NCBI GenBank assembly: GCA_963829525.1
Contig: CAWHIJ010000003.1
Span: 992,001-1,056,000 of the forward strand
Length of the DNA stretch: 64,000 nucleotides
Direction: 5' to 3'
DNA from: an uncultured Actinomycetota bacterium
Lineage (GTDB): Bacteria; Actinomycetota; Actinomycetes; JAHEKZ01
A program made the translations under genes and the position numbers. Within the stretch, counting starts at the first letter, position 1; each line of letters opens with the position of its first letter. Shown piece after piece: positions 9,797 through 19,900 of this stretch. The notes under the pieces were generated by a model. The model worked only from the letters and a program-made list of their open reading frames with translations. It did no database searches and was not told the DNA's origin.

Positions 9797-10818
9797 TGAG
9801 CACTGAGATTCTCAACGTCAGCGACCTCACCGTCGGTTTCCCCACCGACGACGGGTTGGTCACCGCGGTTCGCGGTGTGTCGTACTCGCTGAAGGAGCGC
9901 GAAGTCCTGGCGATTGTAGGGGAATCCGGCTCGGGCAAGTCGGTGTCGGCGATGGCACTCATGGGGCTGCTGCCCAAGACTGCCCGCATCACCGGAAGCA
10001 TCCGCTTCCGCGATGAAGAAGTCCTCGACATGACACCGAGGCGCTACAGGGAGATACGCGGCCAGAACATCGCCATGATCTTCCAAGATCCGATGACATC
10101 GATGAATCCGGTGTACACCGTTGGCGACCAGCTCGCCGAGGCGTATCGATCGCACCACCGGGTCGAGCGGAAGGTAGCGCTGGGAAAGGCGGTCGAGATG
10201 CTTGACCGAGTGGGCATCCCCCAGGCCAAGGATCGTGCGCGCTCCTACCCGCACGAGTTCTCCGGGGGTATGCGTCAACGGGCGATGATTGCGATGGCGA
10301 TCATCAACAGCCCCGACATCATCATCGCCGATGAGCCGACCACGGCGCTTGACGTCACCGTCCAGGCACAGATCCTCGAAACGCTGGTCGAGGTCAAGGA
10401 CTCGGTCAACGCAGCGGTCATCTTGATCACCCATGACCTCGGCGTGGTCGCGGGGATGGCTCACCGGGTGCTGGTCATGTATGCCGGGCGAGGGGTCGAG
10501 AGGTGCGATGTCGAAGACATCTACCGGCGGCCGCGGATGCCCTACACCGCAGGACTTCTGGGATCCATCCCCGCACTGGACAGCGCAGGCGGCAAACTGC
10601 ATCCGATTGCCGGCGCCCCGCCGTCACTGATCAACCTTCCGGCGGGCTGCCCGTTCTCCCCGCGCTGCCCGCTGGTGAGTGACCGCTGTCAGATCGAGGA
10701 GCCGCAGCTTCTCCCGACCGATTTGGCGCACCACGAGGTTGCCTGCCACAACTGGGAGCAGGTCGCCGCAGCACCTGACCCGACGCTGATCTTCCGCACT
10801 GAGGCGGTGGAGGCGTGA
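9796..10818 (+). CDS. oppD: Peptide ABC ATPase
   Basis: GESGSGKS, YPHEFSGGMRQR and C-terminal CPFSPRC; TGATG overlap with oppC. Confidence 0.92.
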   Translation: MSTEILNVSDLTVGFPTDDGLVTAVRGVSYSLKEREVLAIVGESGSGKSVSAMALMGLLPKTARITGSIRFRDEEVLDMTPRRYREIRGQNIAMIFQDPMTSMNPVYTVGDQLAEAYRSHHRVERKVALGKAVEMLDRVGIPQAKDRARSYPHEFSGGMRQRAMIAMAIINSPDIIIADEPTTALDVTVQAQILETLVEVKDSVNAAVILITHDLGVVAGMAHRVLVMYAGRGVERCDVEDIYRRPRMPYTAGLLGSIPALDSAGGKLHPIAGAPPSLINLPAGCPFSPRCPLVSDRCQIEEPQLLPTDLAHHEVACHNWEQVAAAPDPTLIFRTEAVEA

Positions 10819-11831
10819 CGCAGGCTGACGACACAGCAGCGACATCAAGTCACTTGCTCGAGGTGGAGAACCTCGTCAAGGAGTTCCCGGTCAAGGGCGG
10901 GGGGCTGATTCGGCGGACAGTTGGCGCTGTGCAGGCAGTTTCCGACGTCAGCTTCCACCTCGACTCAGGGGAGACTCTCGGGTTGGTCGGAGAGTCTGGC
11001 TGCGGGAAGTCGACCACCGGTCGAGCTGTGCTCCAGCTGCACAAGCCGACGTCAGGGTCGGTTCGTTACAACGGCCGTGAGCTGACGACGCTGTCGCAGA
11101 AGGAGATGCGACCGGTTCGCCGTGACCTGCAGATCGTCTTCCAGGACCCCTACGCGTCACTCAATCCGAAGATGCCGGTCAACGACATCGTCGGCGAGCC
11201 CATGCGAGTCCATGGGATCCGTGGACCTCAGGTGATGGATCGGGTGGCCGATCTGCTCGAGCGGGTAGGGCTGAATCCCGAGCACGGCAATCGCTATCCC
11301 CATGAGTTCTCTGGTGGGCAGCGACAACGCGTGGGGGTGGCTCGCGCACTGGCCCTTGACCCGAAGATCATCATCTTGGACGAGCCGGTCTCAGCACTCG
11401 ACGTCTCCGTGCAGGCGGGCATCGTGAACCTGCTGGAGGAGCTGCAGGAACAGCTCGGTCTGGCCTACCTGTTCATCGCTCACGACCTGTCGGTCATTCG
11501 GCACATCTCCGACCGAGTTGCGGTGATGTATCTGGGTCGGATCGTCGAGATTGGTACCCGTAACGAGGTGTACGAGCAGTCGTCCCACCCGTACACGCAG
11601 GCGCTGCTCTCGTCGGCGCCGATTGCTGACCCGGACAAGGAGCGCGCCCGCGAGCGGATCGTTCTCGAGGGCGACGTCCCGAGCCCGGTAGATCCACCGT
11701 CCGGCTGCCGGTTCCGCACCCGGTGCTGGAAGGCACAGGACATCTGCGCGACCGAGACCCCCGCACTGGTTGACCGCGGTATGGGGCACCCAGTGGCTTG
11801 CCACTTCGCCGAGGTGCGCGAAGTCGTCTAG
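10815..11831 (+). CDS. oppF: Peptide ABC ATPase
   Basis: GESGCGKS, FSGGQRQR and GCRFRTRC; GTGA overlap with oppD. Confidence 0.92.
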   Translation: MTQADDTAATSSHLLEVENLVKEFPVKGGGLIRRTVGAVQAVSDVSFHLDSGETLGLVGESGCGKSTTGRAVLQLHKPTSGSVRYNGRELTTLSQKEMRPVRRDLQIVFQDPYASLNPKMPVNDIVGEPMRVHGIRGPQVMDRVADLLERVGLNPEHGNRYPHEFSGGQRQRVGVARALALDPKIIILDEPVSALDVSVQAGIVNLLEELQEQLGLAYLFIAHDLSVIRHISDRVAVMYLGRIVEIGTRNEVYEQSSHPYTQALLSSAPIADPDKERARERIVLEGDVPSPVDPPSGCRFRTRCWKAQDICATETPALVDRGMGHPVACHFAEVREVV

Positions 11832-11844
11832 GGGGTCAGGACCG

Positions 11845-12856
11845 TCAGGGGCGGTTGCGCCCTGGCTGTCGCATCTGTTTGTGAAGCGACTTCCAGCGGG
11901 CCCGCTCTGCGGCGGCGAGGCGGGCATCGCCCCGGCGTTCTTGGTAGGCGGCCTCGCGAAGGAGTTTTCGGTAGCTGTCGAGCCGCCGCGTCGGCAGAGC
12001 ACCGGATTCAATCGCGGCCAGAACGGCGCAACCTGGCTCGGTGCGGTGTTCGCAGTCGGTGAAGCGACATGATTCGGCAAGCTCACCGATCTCAGCGAAC
12101 ACCTGGTCCAGGCCGTCAGTGCTGGCCAAGCCGATGCTGCGCAGCCCAGGCGTATCGATGACGTACGAGCCGTCGTCGAGAACGTGAAGCTCGCGATGTG
12201 CGGTGGTGTGTCGACCTTTGCCGTCATCGCGAACATGGCTGACCGCCATGGCATGCGGAGCCAAGCAGCGCGTTGAGCAACGTGGACTTGCCTGCGCCGG
12301 ATGGTCCGAGCAGCACGAGGGCCTGACCAGGGTCTGTCAGGGAACCGACGGCGGCCACGCCGACGTTGCTCGGGATGCTGACCGTGACAACCGTGGCACC
12401 CAAGGCGAGTGCCCTGACGTCCGCGGCGGTGCGATCGACATCTGGGTCAAGGTCCGCCTTCGTCAGCAGGACAGCCGGCTGTGCGCCGCACTCCCATGCG
12501 AGCGCGAGCAGCCGCTCGACACGTCCTGCGGCTGGCGCCGGATGGCAGGGTTCGCAGATGGCCAGAACGTCGACGTTGGCAGCGAGTACTTGCTGCTGGC
12601 TGCTGCCTGGCTCGACCGAGGCTCGCGTGACGGCATTGCGGCGGGGGAGCACGGTGTCGAGCCAGGTCTGGTCGCCGTCGAGGCGCAGCAGCACCTCGTC
12701 GCCAACACAAGGGACGGCGTCCAGTGAGTGGCTGGCCTCAGCTGACACCGCAGCCGACCAACGGGCGCGGGTGCTTCCGGCGGGCGTCAGGACGTCGCAG
12801 ATCCCTCGGTCGACGCGGCTGACCCGGCCATGTGGCGCGGGTGGGGTCGGATGCAT
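11845..12856 (-). CDS. RsgA-family circularly permuted GTPase, second paralogue; +1 frameshift near 12256-12260
   Basis: ORF 12224-12856 carries AANVD, TKAD and GPSGAGKST; ORF 11845-12264 carries GRHTT, DTPG and CRFTDCEH..EPGC. The two join if one C is removed. Confidence 0.85.
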
Positions 12857-12904
12857 GCTGCGAAGGTAGGAGCAGTGGGACGATCTGCGCCATTGGATTA
12901 TGCT

Positions 12905-12930
12905 GGAATACTTGAATCATCAAGTAAGTT
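12905..12930 (+). promoter_or_regulatory. SigR/SigH-type promoter with an operator palindrome in its spacer, upstream of pirin
   Basis: GGAAT(12905-09)-N18-GTT(12928-30). Perfect inverted repeat TACTTGA-ATCA-TCAAGTA at 12909-12926. Confidence 0.6.
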
Positions 12931-12969
12931 CTGCAGGGTGAGACCCTACCGTCTGAAAAGGAGGCTGCC

Positions 12970-13932
12970 GTGCCTGCGGTGACCGTCGACGATATCCTGA
13001 CCCTTCCGCGGATCCGCGAGGTTGACCTAGCCGTCGATCAACCGCGTCCAATCCAGAGCGTCACCTCGGCGCCGACGGGCCTCGAGGGCGAGGGCTTCCC
13101 GGTCCGCCGAGCGTTCGCCGGAGTCGACCTCCGTGCGCTGGACCCGTTCATCCACATGGACCAGATGGGTGAGGTCGAGTACGCGCCGGGGGAGCCCAAG
13201 GGGACGCCGTGGCATCCACACCGCGGGTTCGAGACGGTCACCTATATGATCGACGGACTCATGCAGCACCAGGATTCCAACGGTGGCGGCGGCATGATCA
13301 GCGACGGTGACACCCAGTGGATGACTGCTGGCTCCGGCATCTTGCACATCGAGGCTCCGCCCGAGCAAGTGGTGGTATCGGGCGGTCTCTTCCATGGGCT
13401 GCAGCTCTGGGTCAACCTGCCGAGCGCGTTGAAGATGGCACAACCGCGCTATCAGGACATCACTTCGAGCAAGGTCAGCCTGCTGACCTCTCCCGATGGA
13501 GGTGCCCTGGTGCGGCTGATTGCCGGCGATCTGGACGGCCATGCCGGTCCGGGCGCTACCTACACCCCGATCACTCTGGTGCACGCCACCATCGCGCCGG
13601 GCGCCTCGCTCACGCTCCCCTGGCGAGAAGACTTCAACGCTTTGGTCTACGGGCTCTCTGGCAAGGGCTCGGTGGGCGCCGAGCGGCGTCCGATGTCATG
13701 GGGCCAGTTGGCTGTCTATGGGGGAGGCACCTCGCTGACGGTCGCTGCGGACGAGCGTCAGGACGCTCGTGACTCGGCATTCGACGTCTATATCCTCGGC
13801 GGTCAGCCGATCCGCGAACCCGTCGCCGCATACGGCCCCTTCGTGATGAACACCAAGGCCGAGCTCATCGAAGCCTTCGAGGACTTCCAGGCCGGCCGTC
13901 TCGGAACGATCCCGGCATCCCCGGACGCATAA
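12970..13932 (+). CDS. Pirin family protein
   Basis: HPHRGFETVTY, WMTAGSGILHIE, QLWVNLP and GPFVMNT; RBS AAGGAGG. Confidence 0.93.
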   Translation: MPAVTVDDILTLPRIREVDLAVDQPRPIQSVTSAPTGLEGEGFPVRRAFAGVDLRALDPFIHMDQMGEVEYAPGEPKGTPWHPHRGFETVTYMIDGLMQHQDSNGGGGMISDGDTQWMTAGSGILHIEAPPEQVVVSGGLFHGLQLWVNLPSALKMAQPRYQDITSSKVSLLTSPDGGALVRLIAGDLDGHAGPGATYTPITLVHATIAPGASLTLPWREDFNALVYGLSGKGSVGAERRPMSWGQLAVYGGGTSLTVAADERQDARDSAFDVYILGGQPIREPVAAYGPFVMNTKAELIEAFEDFQAGRLGTIPASPDA

Positions 13933-13935
13933 CCA

Positions 13936-14673
13936 TTACACCTTGGTGCGGTCCCACCCCGGGCGGGGCGTCCGGTTGCCGACCGCTCCCGTGTTGCGGG
14001 TGCGGTAGACCACGTATGGGCGGAACAGGTAGCCCACCGGGGCGCTGAACGCGTGGACGAGGCGGGTGAACGGCCAGACGAGGAACAGCGCCATGCCGGC
14101 GAGTGCATGCACCCGGAAGGCCAAGGGCGTGTCGGCCATCAACTCCCCCTGGGGCTGCAAAATGAAGATCGACCGGAACCAGACGGAGACCGTCTCGCGG
14201 TAGTTGTAGCCATCGCCGAGCACGCCGGACCCCGTCATGGTCGCTACCAATCCAAGACAGATCGCAGCAACGAGGAAGATGTACATGACCTTGTCGTTCT
14301 TCGTGGTGGCCGCAAACACCGGGCCAGTGGTACGCCGTCGATAGATCAGCATGGCCACGCCCACCAGGGTTGCTGCGCCAGCCACTGCACCTAGTGCCAT
14401 GGCGTTGAGGTGGTAGAAGTGCTCGCTGACGCCGACCGCCTGGGTCCATGACTCCGGGATCAGCAGGCCGATGATGTGACCACCAAGCACGGCCAACATG
14501 CCGAGGTGAAAGAGCGGGCTGGCGATCCGCAGCAACGAGCGTTCATAGAGCTGCGACGACCGCGTCGTCCAGCCGAACTTGTCGTAACGAAACCGCCAGA
14601 ACATCCCGACGACGAAGACGGCGATAGTGACGTAAGGGAGCGCGTCCCACAGCAAGATCTGGGTGGTCGTCAT
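13936..14673 (-). CDS. narI: Respiratory nitrate reductase gamma subunit (cytochrome b)
   Basis: RYDKFGWTTRSSQ, FHLG..GH and PFTRLVH motifs. Confidence 0.95.
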   Translation of the reverse strand: MTTTQILLWDALPYVTIAVFVVGMFWRFRYDKFGWTTRSSQLYERSLLRIASPLFHLGMLAVLGGHIIGLLIPESWTQAVGVSEHFYHLNAMALGAVAGAATLVGVAMLIYRRRTTGPVFAATTKNDKVMYIFLVAAICLGLVATMTGSGVLGDGYNYRETVSVWFRSIFILQPQGELMADTPLAFRVHALAGMALFLVWPFTRLVHAFSAPVGYLFRPYVVYRTRNTGAVGNRTPRPGWDRTKV

Positions 14674-15326
14674 CGTCGGGCCCCCATCGTGGTGTCAGAG
14701 GACTGGACGCCGAACGGTGCCAGCGTGAGATCGACGGGTCCCGCCATGCCGACGCTCTCAGTCGGCGGTCCCGCCAGGGCCAACTGCTTCATGAGCAGCT
14801 CGTCTTCGGGTGTGAGGGTGCTCGTCGTTGCTAGTACGGCCGCCAACACATTGGCGTAAGGCGTCTCCATGTCGACCAGGGCCTGATGGAGCAGACCGAT
14901 GACCCCTCGGTGCTCGGCCAACAAGGCGTTCCCGAGCTCAGCGTCGTTGCAGGCGGCAAACTCAAGCACAACTGCGAGATGGTCAGGTAGCTCCTGCTCG
15001 TCAATGGTGACGCCCGCCTCGCGGTAGGCTTCTTTGAAGTGCAACAACGCCATTCCGCGGTTTCGAGTATCCCCATGCGTCCAGTAGGTCAGGTAGGGCG
15101 AGCATTTGCGACGCATGTCGAAGGTCTCGACGTAGTGCCGTTGGGCGTCCATGAGAGGTCTCTCGGCCAAGTAGTCCAGGAACTTGCTGAGAGGCGCTGA
15201 AGTCTTGCTGGGAAGAGTGCCGACCACCTGGCCAAGCTCAGGAATCAGGTCGACGAGCATCCCCTCCGGATACTGCAGCAGCAGCGAACAGATCTGCTGC
15301 GAACGAGCGCGGGCGATGGCGTTCAT
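14670..15326 (-). CDS. narJ: Nitrate reductase molybdenum cofactor assembly chaperone
   Basis: YVETFD, GDTRNRG and ELPDHL motifs; position in the operon. Confidence 0.93.
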   Translation of the reverse strand: MNAIARARSQQICSLLLQYPEGMLVDLIPELGQVVGTLPSKTSAPLSKFLDYLAERPLMDAQRHYVETFDMRRKCSPYLTYWTHGDTRNRGMALLHFKEAYREAGVTIDEQELPDHLAVVLEFAACNDAELGNALLAEHRGVIGLLHQALVDMETPYANVLAAVLATTSTLTPEDELLMKQLALAGPPTESVGMAGPVDLTLAPFGVQSSDTTMGARR

Positions 15327-16993
15327 CGGATCTCCGTTCCGGCGTCATCGGGGAAGATGCCAGATGGCGCGCCTTTGCCGTCCCAGTTCAGCAGGTTCAC
15401 CCGACCCTTACGGCTCGTGGTGTCCAAGACTGCTTCGGAGGTCTGACGAGCCTTGAGTGCATGAAAGTTCTCGACGGCGACAGGTACCGGAAGCCCGGAC
15501 GCTTCGCCAAACGGACCGGAGCCATACATGCCGGGGCCCTCGTCAAAGTCCAACGAACACGCCGTTTCCTCGAGCTGCTTGGCCTGCTCGTTGTGCGCGG
15601 CCGGGATCACATATCGCTCTTCATACTTGGCAATGGCAAGAAGCCGGTACAGCTCGAGCACCGTGGTCTCGTCAAAGCCGACCGCCTGCGCCGCGCTCAG
15701 ATCCACGTCACGGCCGAGATTGACGTCACGCATCGTCGAACGCATGGCGGCCAACTTGCGAAGCACCTTGTCGATGACGTCGGTGTCGCCAGCGGTGAAG
15801 AGCTCGGCGAGGTACTCCTTCGGGATGCGAAGCGCGTCGATGGCTCCGAAGAGGTTTCGGGCGTCCTCGCCGTCGTTACCCGTCTCGGCGAGCGCGTCGA
15901 CCACGGGCGAGAGCGGGGGGATGTACCAAACCATCGGCATTGTCCGATACTCCGGGTGCAGCGGGAGCGCGATCTCGAACTCCTTGGCCAGTCTGTAGAC
16001 CGGCGAGTTCTGTGCAGCGGTGATCCAGTCGGGAGGAATCCCATCTCGTCGCGCGGCCTCCACAACTTGGGGGTCGTGAGGGTCGAGCATCAGGTCGAGC
16101 TGAGCCCGATAGAGATCCTTCTCTTCCTCAACAGCCGCGGCCTCCAGGACGCGATCGGCGTCGTAGAGGAAGAGACCGAGGTAGCGAAGTCGGCCGACGC
16201 AGGTCTCCGAGCAGACCGTCGGCATTCCGACCTCGATGCGCGGGTAACAGAAGGTGCACTTCTCGGCCTTCCCGGTCTTATGGTTGAAGTAGACCTTCTT
16301 GTACGGACAGCCGGAGACGCACATCCGCCAGCCACGGCAACGATCCTGGTCGACGAGGACGATCCCGTCCTCGGCGCGCTTGTACATCGCACCTGACGGA
16401 CAGGATGCGACACAGGACGGATTCAGACAGTGCTCGCAGATTCGTGGAAGGTAGAACATGAACGCTCGCTCGAAGTCGAGTCGAACGCGGTCAGCCACCT
16501 GGTCGCGGATCTTGACCAGGATGGGGTCGTCAGAGATGACCTCGGGACCACCACCGAGGTCGTCATCCCAGTTGGCCGACCACTCGATCTTCATCGGCTT
16601 GCCAGAGATCAGCGACTTAGGCTGCGCCACTGGTGTGTGCTCGCCCAACGGGGCAGAGATGAGCGTGTCGTAGTCGTACGTCCACGGCTCGTAGTAGTCG
16701 TTGAGGCTGGGCAGCTTGGGGTTGGCGAAGATCGAGGCCAGCTTCTTGAAGCGACCCCCACCCTTGAGCCGAAGGCCACCGCGGCGGGTCCTCTCCCAGC
16801 CGCCACGCCACACCTCTTGGTCTTCGTAGGTCCGCGGGTAACCCAGACCAGGCCTGGTCTCGACGTTGTTGAACCAGACGTACTCGACACCCGTGCGGTT
16901 CGTCCACGCCTGCTTGCAGGTGACGGAGCAGGTGTGGCACCCGATGCACTTATCGAGGTTCATCACCATGCCCATTTGGGCCATGACCTTCAT
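15323..16993 (-). CDS. narH: Respiratory nitrate reductase beta subunit
   Basis: CIGCHTCSVTCK, CEHCLNPSCVASC, CRGWRMCVSGC and CTFC Fe-S motifs. Confidence 0.97.
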   Translation of the reverse strand: MKVMAQMGMVMNLDKCIGCHTCSVTCKQAWTNRTGVEYVWFNNVETRPGLGYPRTYEDQEVWRGGWERTRRGGLRLKGGGRFKKLASIFANPKLPSLNDYYEPWTYDYDTLISAPLGEHTPVAQPKSLISGKPMKIEWSANWDDDLGGGPEVISDDPILVKIRDQVADRVRLDFERAFMFYLPRICEHCLNPSCVASCPSGAMYKRAEDGIVLVDQDRCRGWRMCVSGCPYKKVYFNHKTGKAEKCTFCYPRIEVGMPTVCSETCVGRLRYLGLFLYDADRVLEAAAVEEEKDLYRAQLDLMLDPHDPQVVEAARRDGIPPDWITAAQNSPVYRLAKEFEIALPLHPEYRTMPMVWYIPPLSPVVDALAETGNDGEDARNLFGAIDALRIPKEYLAELFTAGDTDVIDKVLRKLAAMRSTMRDVNLGRDVDLSAAQAVGFDETTVLELYRLLAIAKYEERYVIPAAHNEQAKQLEETACSLDFDEGPGMYGSGPFGEASGLPVPVAVENFHALKARQTSEAVLDTTSRKGRVNLLNWDGKGAPSGIFPDDAGTEIR

Positions 16994-19900
16994 CAGTACA
17001 CGACCTCCTGTGAGCGACGACGGATCACAGTGACCTCATCGCGTTGATTACCTGTCGGCCCGAGGTAATTGAAGAAGAAGGAGAGCTGGGCGTAGCCGCC
17101 GACGAGATGGCTCGGCTTGAGCATCAGTCGCGTCAGCGAGTTGTGAATCCCGCCGCGCATGCCTGATGTCTCGGTGCGGGGGACGTCGACCACTCGATCC
17201 TTTGCGTGGTACATGAACACCGTGCCCTTAGGCATCCGGTGTGAAACGATGGCACGAGCCACCACCACGCCGTTGCGGTTGTACGCCTCTATCCACTCGT
17301 TGTCCTTGACGCCGATCTGCTCGGCGTCCTCCACGCTCATCCAAATCTCCGGCCCTCCGCGTGAAAGGGAGAGCATGAAGAGGTTGTCCTGGTACTCGGA
17401 GTGAATGGACCACTTCGAGTGTGGTGTCAGGTACCGAACCGTCACCTCCTTACCAACGCCGCTGCCTTGATCACCGAAGATTCGGTGCATGTTGAGTGGC
17501 GGCCGGTAGATCGGCAACTGCTCACCGAGCTCGGTCATCCAGTCGTGGTCGAGGAAGAAGTGCATCCGGCCTGTCAGGGTGTGCCATGGCTTGAGACGGT
17601 CTACGTTGATGGAGAAGGCGGTGTATCGGCGGCCACCGTGCTCTGAACCTGACCACTCGGGACTGGTGATGACGGGGACCGGGCGCGCCTGGGTGTCGGG
17701 GAAGGTGATCCGCTTTCCCTCGTTGTCCAGCGCAAGGTCGGCGAGCTGACGCCCGGTGCGGGCCTCAAGCTGTCGGAACCCTTCCACAGCGACGCGGCCG
17801 TTGGTCGTCCCCGAAAGCGCCAGGATCGTCTCGCAGACGTGGACGTCCGTCACCAGTGAAGGCCGTCCGGCCGCGACGCCATCTGCGATCACGCCGTTGG
17901 TGCGGGCCAGTGCCTCGACTTCGGGGCCGGGTCTGACGTTGACACCCTTGGTAAGGGTGCCGAGCTTCTCGACGAGCGGGCCCAGCGCAGACATCTTGGC
18001 ACCGATAGCGGTGTAGTCGCGCTTGACGACGACGAACTTCGGCATCGTCACGCCAGGAACGGCCTCCACCTCGCCCGCACGCCAGTCCTTGACGATCCCG
18101 TGGGGCACAGACATCGCATCTGGGGTGTCGTGCAGCAGCGGGACCATGACGAGGTCTTCACGCTCGTCGAGGTGTCCGGCAGCAAGGTCGGAGACCTTGC
18201 GGCCAAGGGCGTGGAAGATATCGTGGTCGCTCTTGGTCTCCCACGGTGGATCGATGGCCGGGGTGAAGGCGTGCACGAATGGGTGCATGTCCGTGCTGGA
18301 AAGGTCATGCTTCTCGTACCAGGTAGCTGCCGGCAGCAGGATGTCGCTGTAGAGACCGGTACCGGTCATCCGGAAGTCGATGGAGACGAGCAAGTCGAGC
18401 TTGCCCTCGTCCGGAGTCTCGCGCCACGCGACATCTCGTGGCCGATGCTCTTCAGCGCTCTCCTCCGCCCGCACAGCGTGGTCGGTTCCGAGTAGATGCT
18501 TGAGGAAGTACTCGTTGCCCTTGCTCGACGAACCGAGCAGGTTGGCGCGCCAGACGGTGAGGATGCGTGGCCAGTTCTCCGGGGCGTCCGGGTCGTCGAT
18601 CGCGAACGAGAGATCGCCGGACTTGATCTGTTCCACGACATAGTCGTCAGCGTCAGCGCCGGCGGCTCGCGCCTCGTCGGCGAGGTCGAGAGAGTTGCGG
18701 TTGAGCGAGGGGTAGGACGGCATCCAGCCCGATCGCGCCGACTGCGCGAGTGTGTCGATGGCGGTCATCCCGTTCCAACGGCCGGAGCCAAGGGGAGAGG
18801 CGAGAGTGTCGGCAGGTAGTCCGTCGTACCGCCACTGCCCGGTATTGACGTACCAGAACGCGGTGCCGATCATCTGCCGCGGTGGACGCTGCCAGTCGAG
18901 GCCGAAAGCGAGCTGGGCCCACCCGGTGACCGGACGACACTTCTCTTGCCCGACGTAGTGCGCCCACCCGCCACCGTTGATCCCTTGGCAGCCGGTCAGG
19001 GTCACGAGCGCCAGGAAGGTCCGGTAGATCGTGTCGGAGTGGAACCAGTGATTGGTCCCGGCTCCCATCAGAATCATCGATCTGCCCCCGGAGTCCTCGG
19101 CGTTCTGTGCGAACTCCCGCCCTATGCGTAGGGCTTGCTCAGCGGGAACGCCCGTAATCTCTTCCTGCCACGCCGGGGTGTAAGGCGCTGGATCGTCGTA
19201 CCCTGTCGGCCACTGGCCTGGAAGTCCGTCGCGCCCAACGCCGTACTGCGCGAGCATGAGATCAAAGACTGTGGTGACGGTCATATCGCCGAGTTGAGCG
19301 ACCGGAACGCCGCGACGCAGGATGCCGCCGCCCTCGTTCTGCTCCTGACCGAGATCGAAGCGCGGGAGGAGGATTTCGGCGGTGTCAGTGTTCTCCGCCC
19401 CGTGCAGTGAGAGCGCCGGCTCGACGCCTTCGAGGTCGAGGTTCCAGTGCCCCTTGCCTGACTCACTGAAACGGTCTCCGAGCGATCCATGCGGAACGTG
19501 CGGGCGCCCAGTTGCCGAGTCGACCAGAACCGGCTTCCACGCGGCGGCTTCGGTCTCGATGCCGAGGTCCTCGGCGGTCACGAACTTGTCAGGTACCCAT
19601 GCCCCGTCCTGCTCACGAAGCCGAACCAGGTAGGGCAAGTCGGTGTACTGCTGGACGTAGTCGATGAACCGAGGCACCTGACGGTCGACAAAGAACTCTT
19701 TGAGCACAACATGGCCCATGGCCATGCCCAGTGCACCGTCGGTCCCTGGATGAGGGGCGAGCCACTCGTCAGCGAACTTTGTGTTGTCGGCGTAGTCAGG
19801 GCTGACGACGACGACCTTCTGGCCGCGGTAGCGCGCCTCGGTCATGAAGTGAGCGTCCGGCGTCCTCGTTACCGGGACGTTCGAGCCCCACATGATGAGG

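Noticed and set aside
12911-12924. FNR box upstream of pirin
   Set aside because: TTGA-N4-TCAA is 2 nt shorter than the TTGAT-N4-ATCAA spacing.
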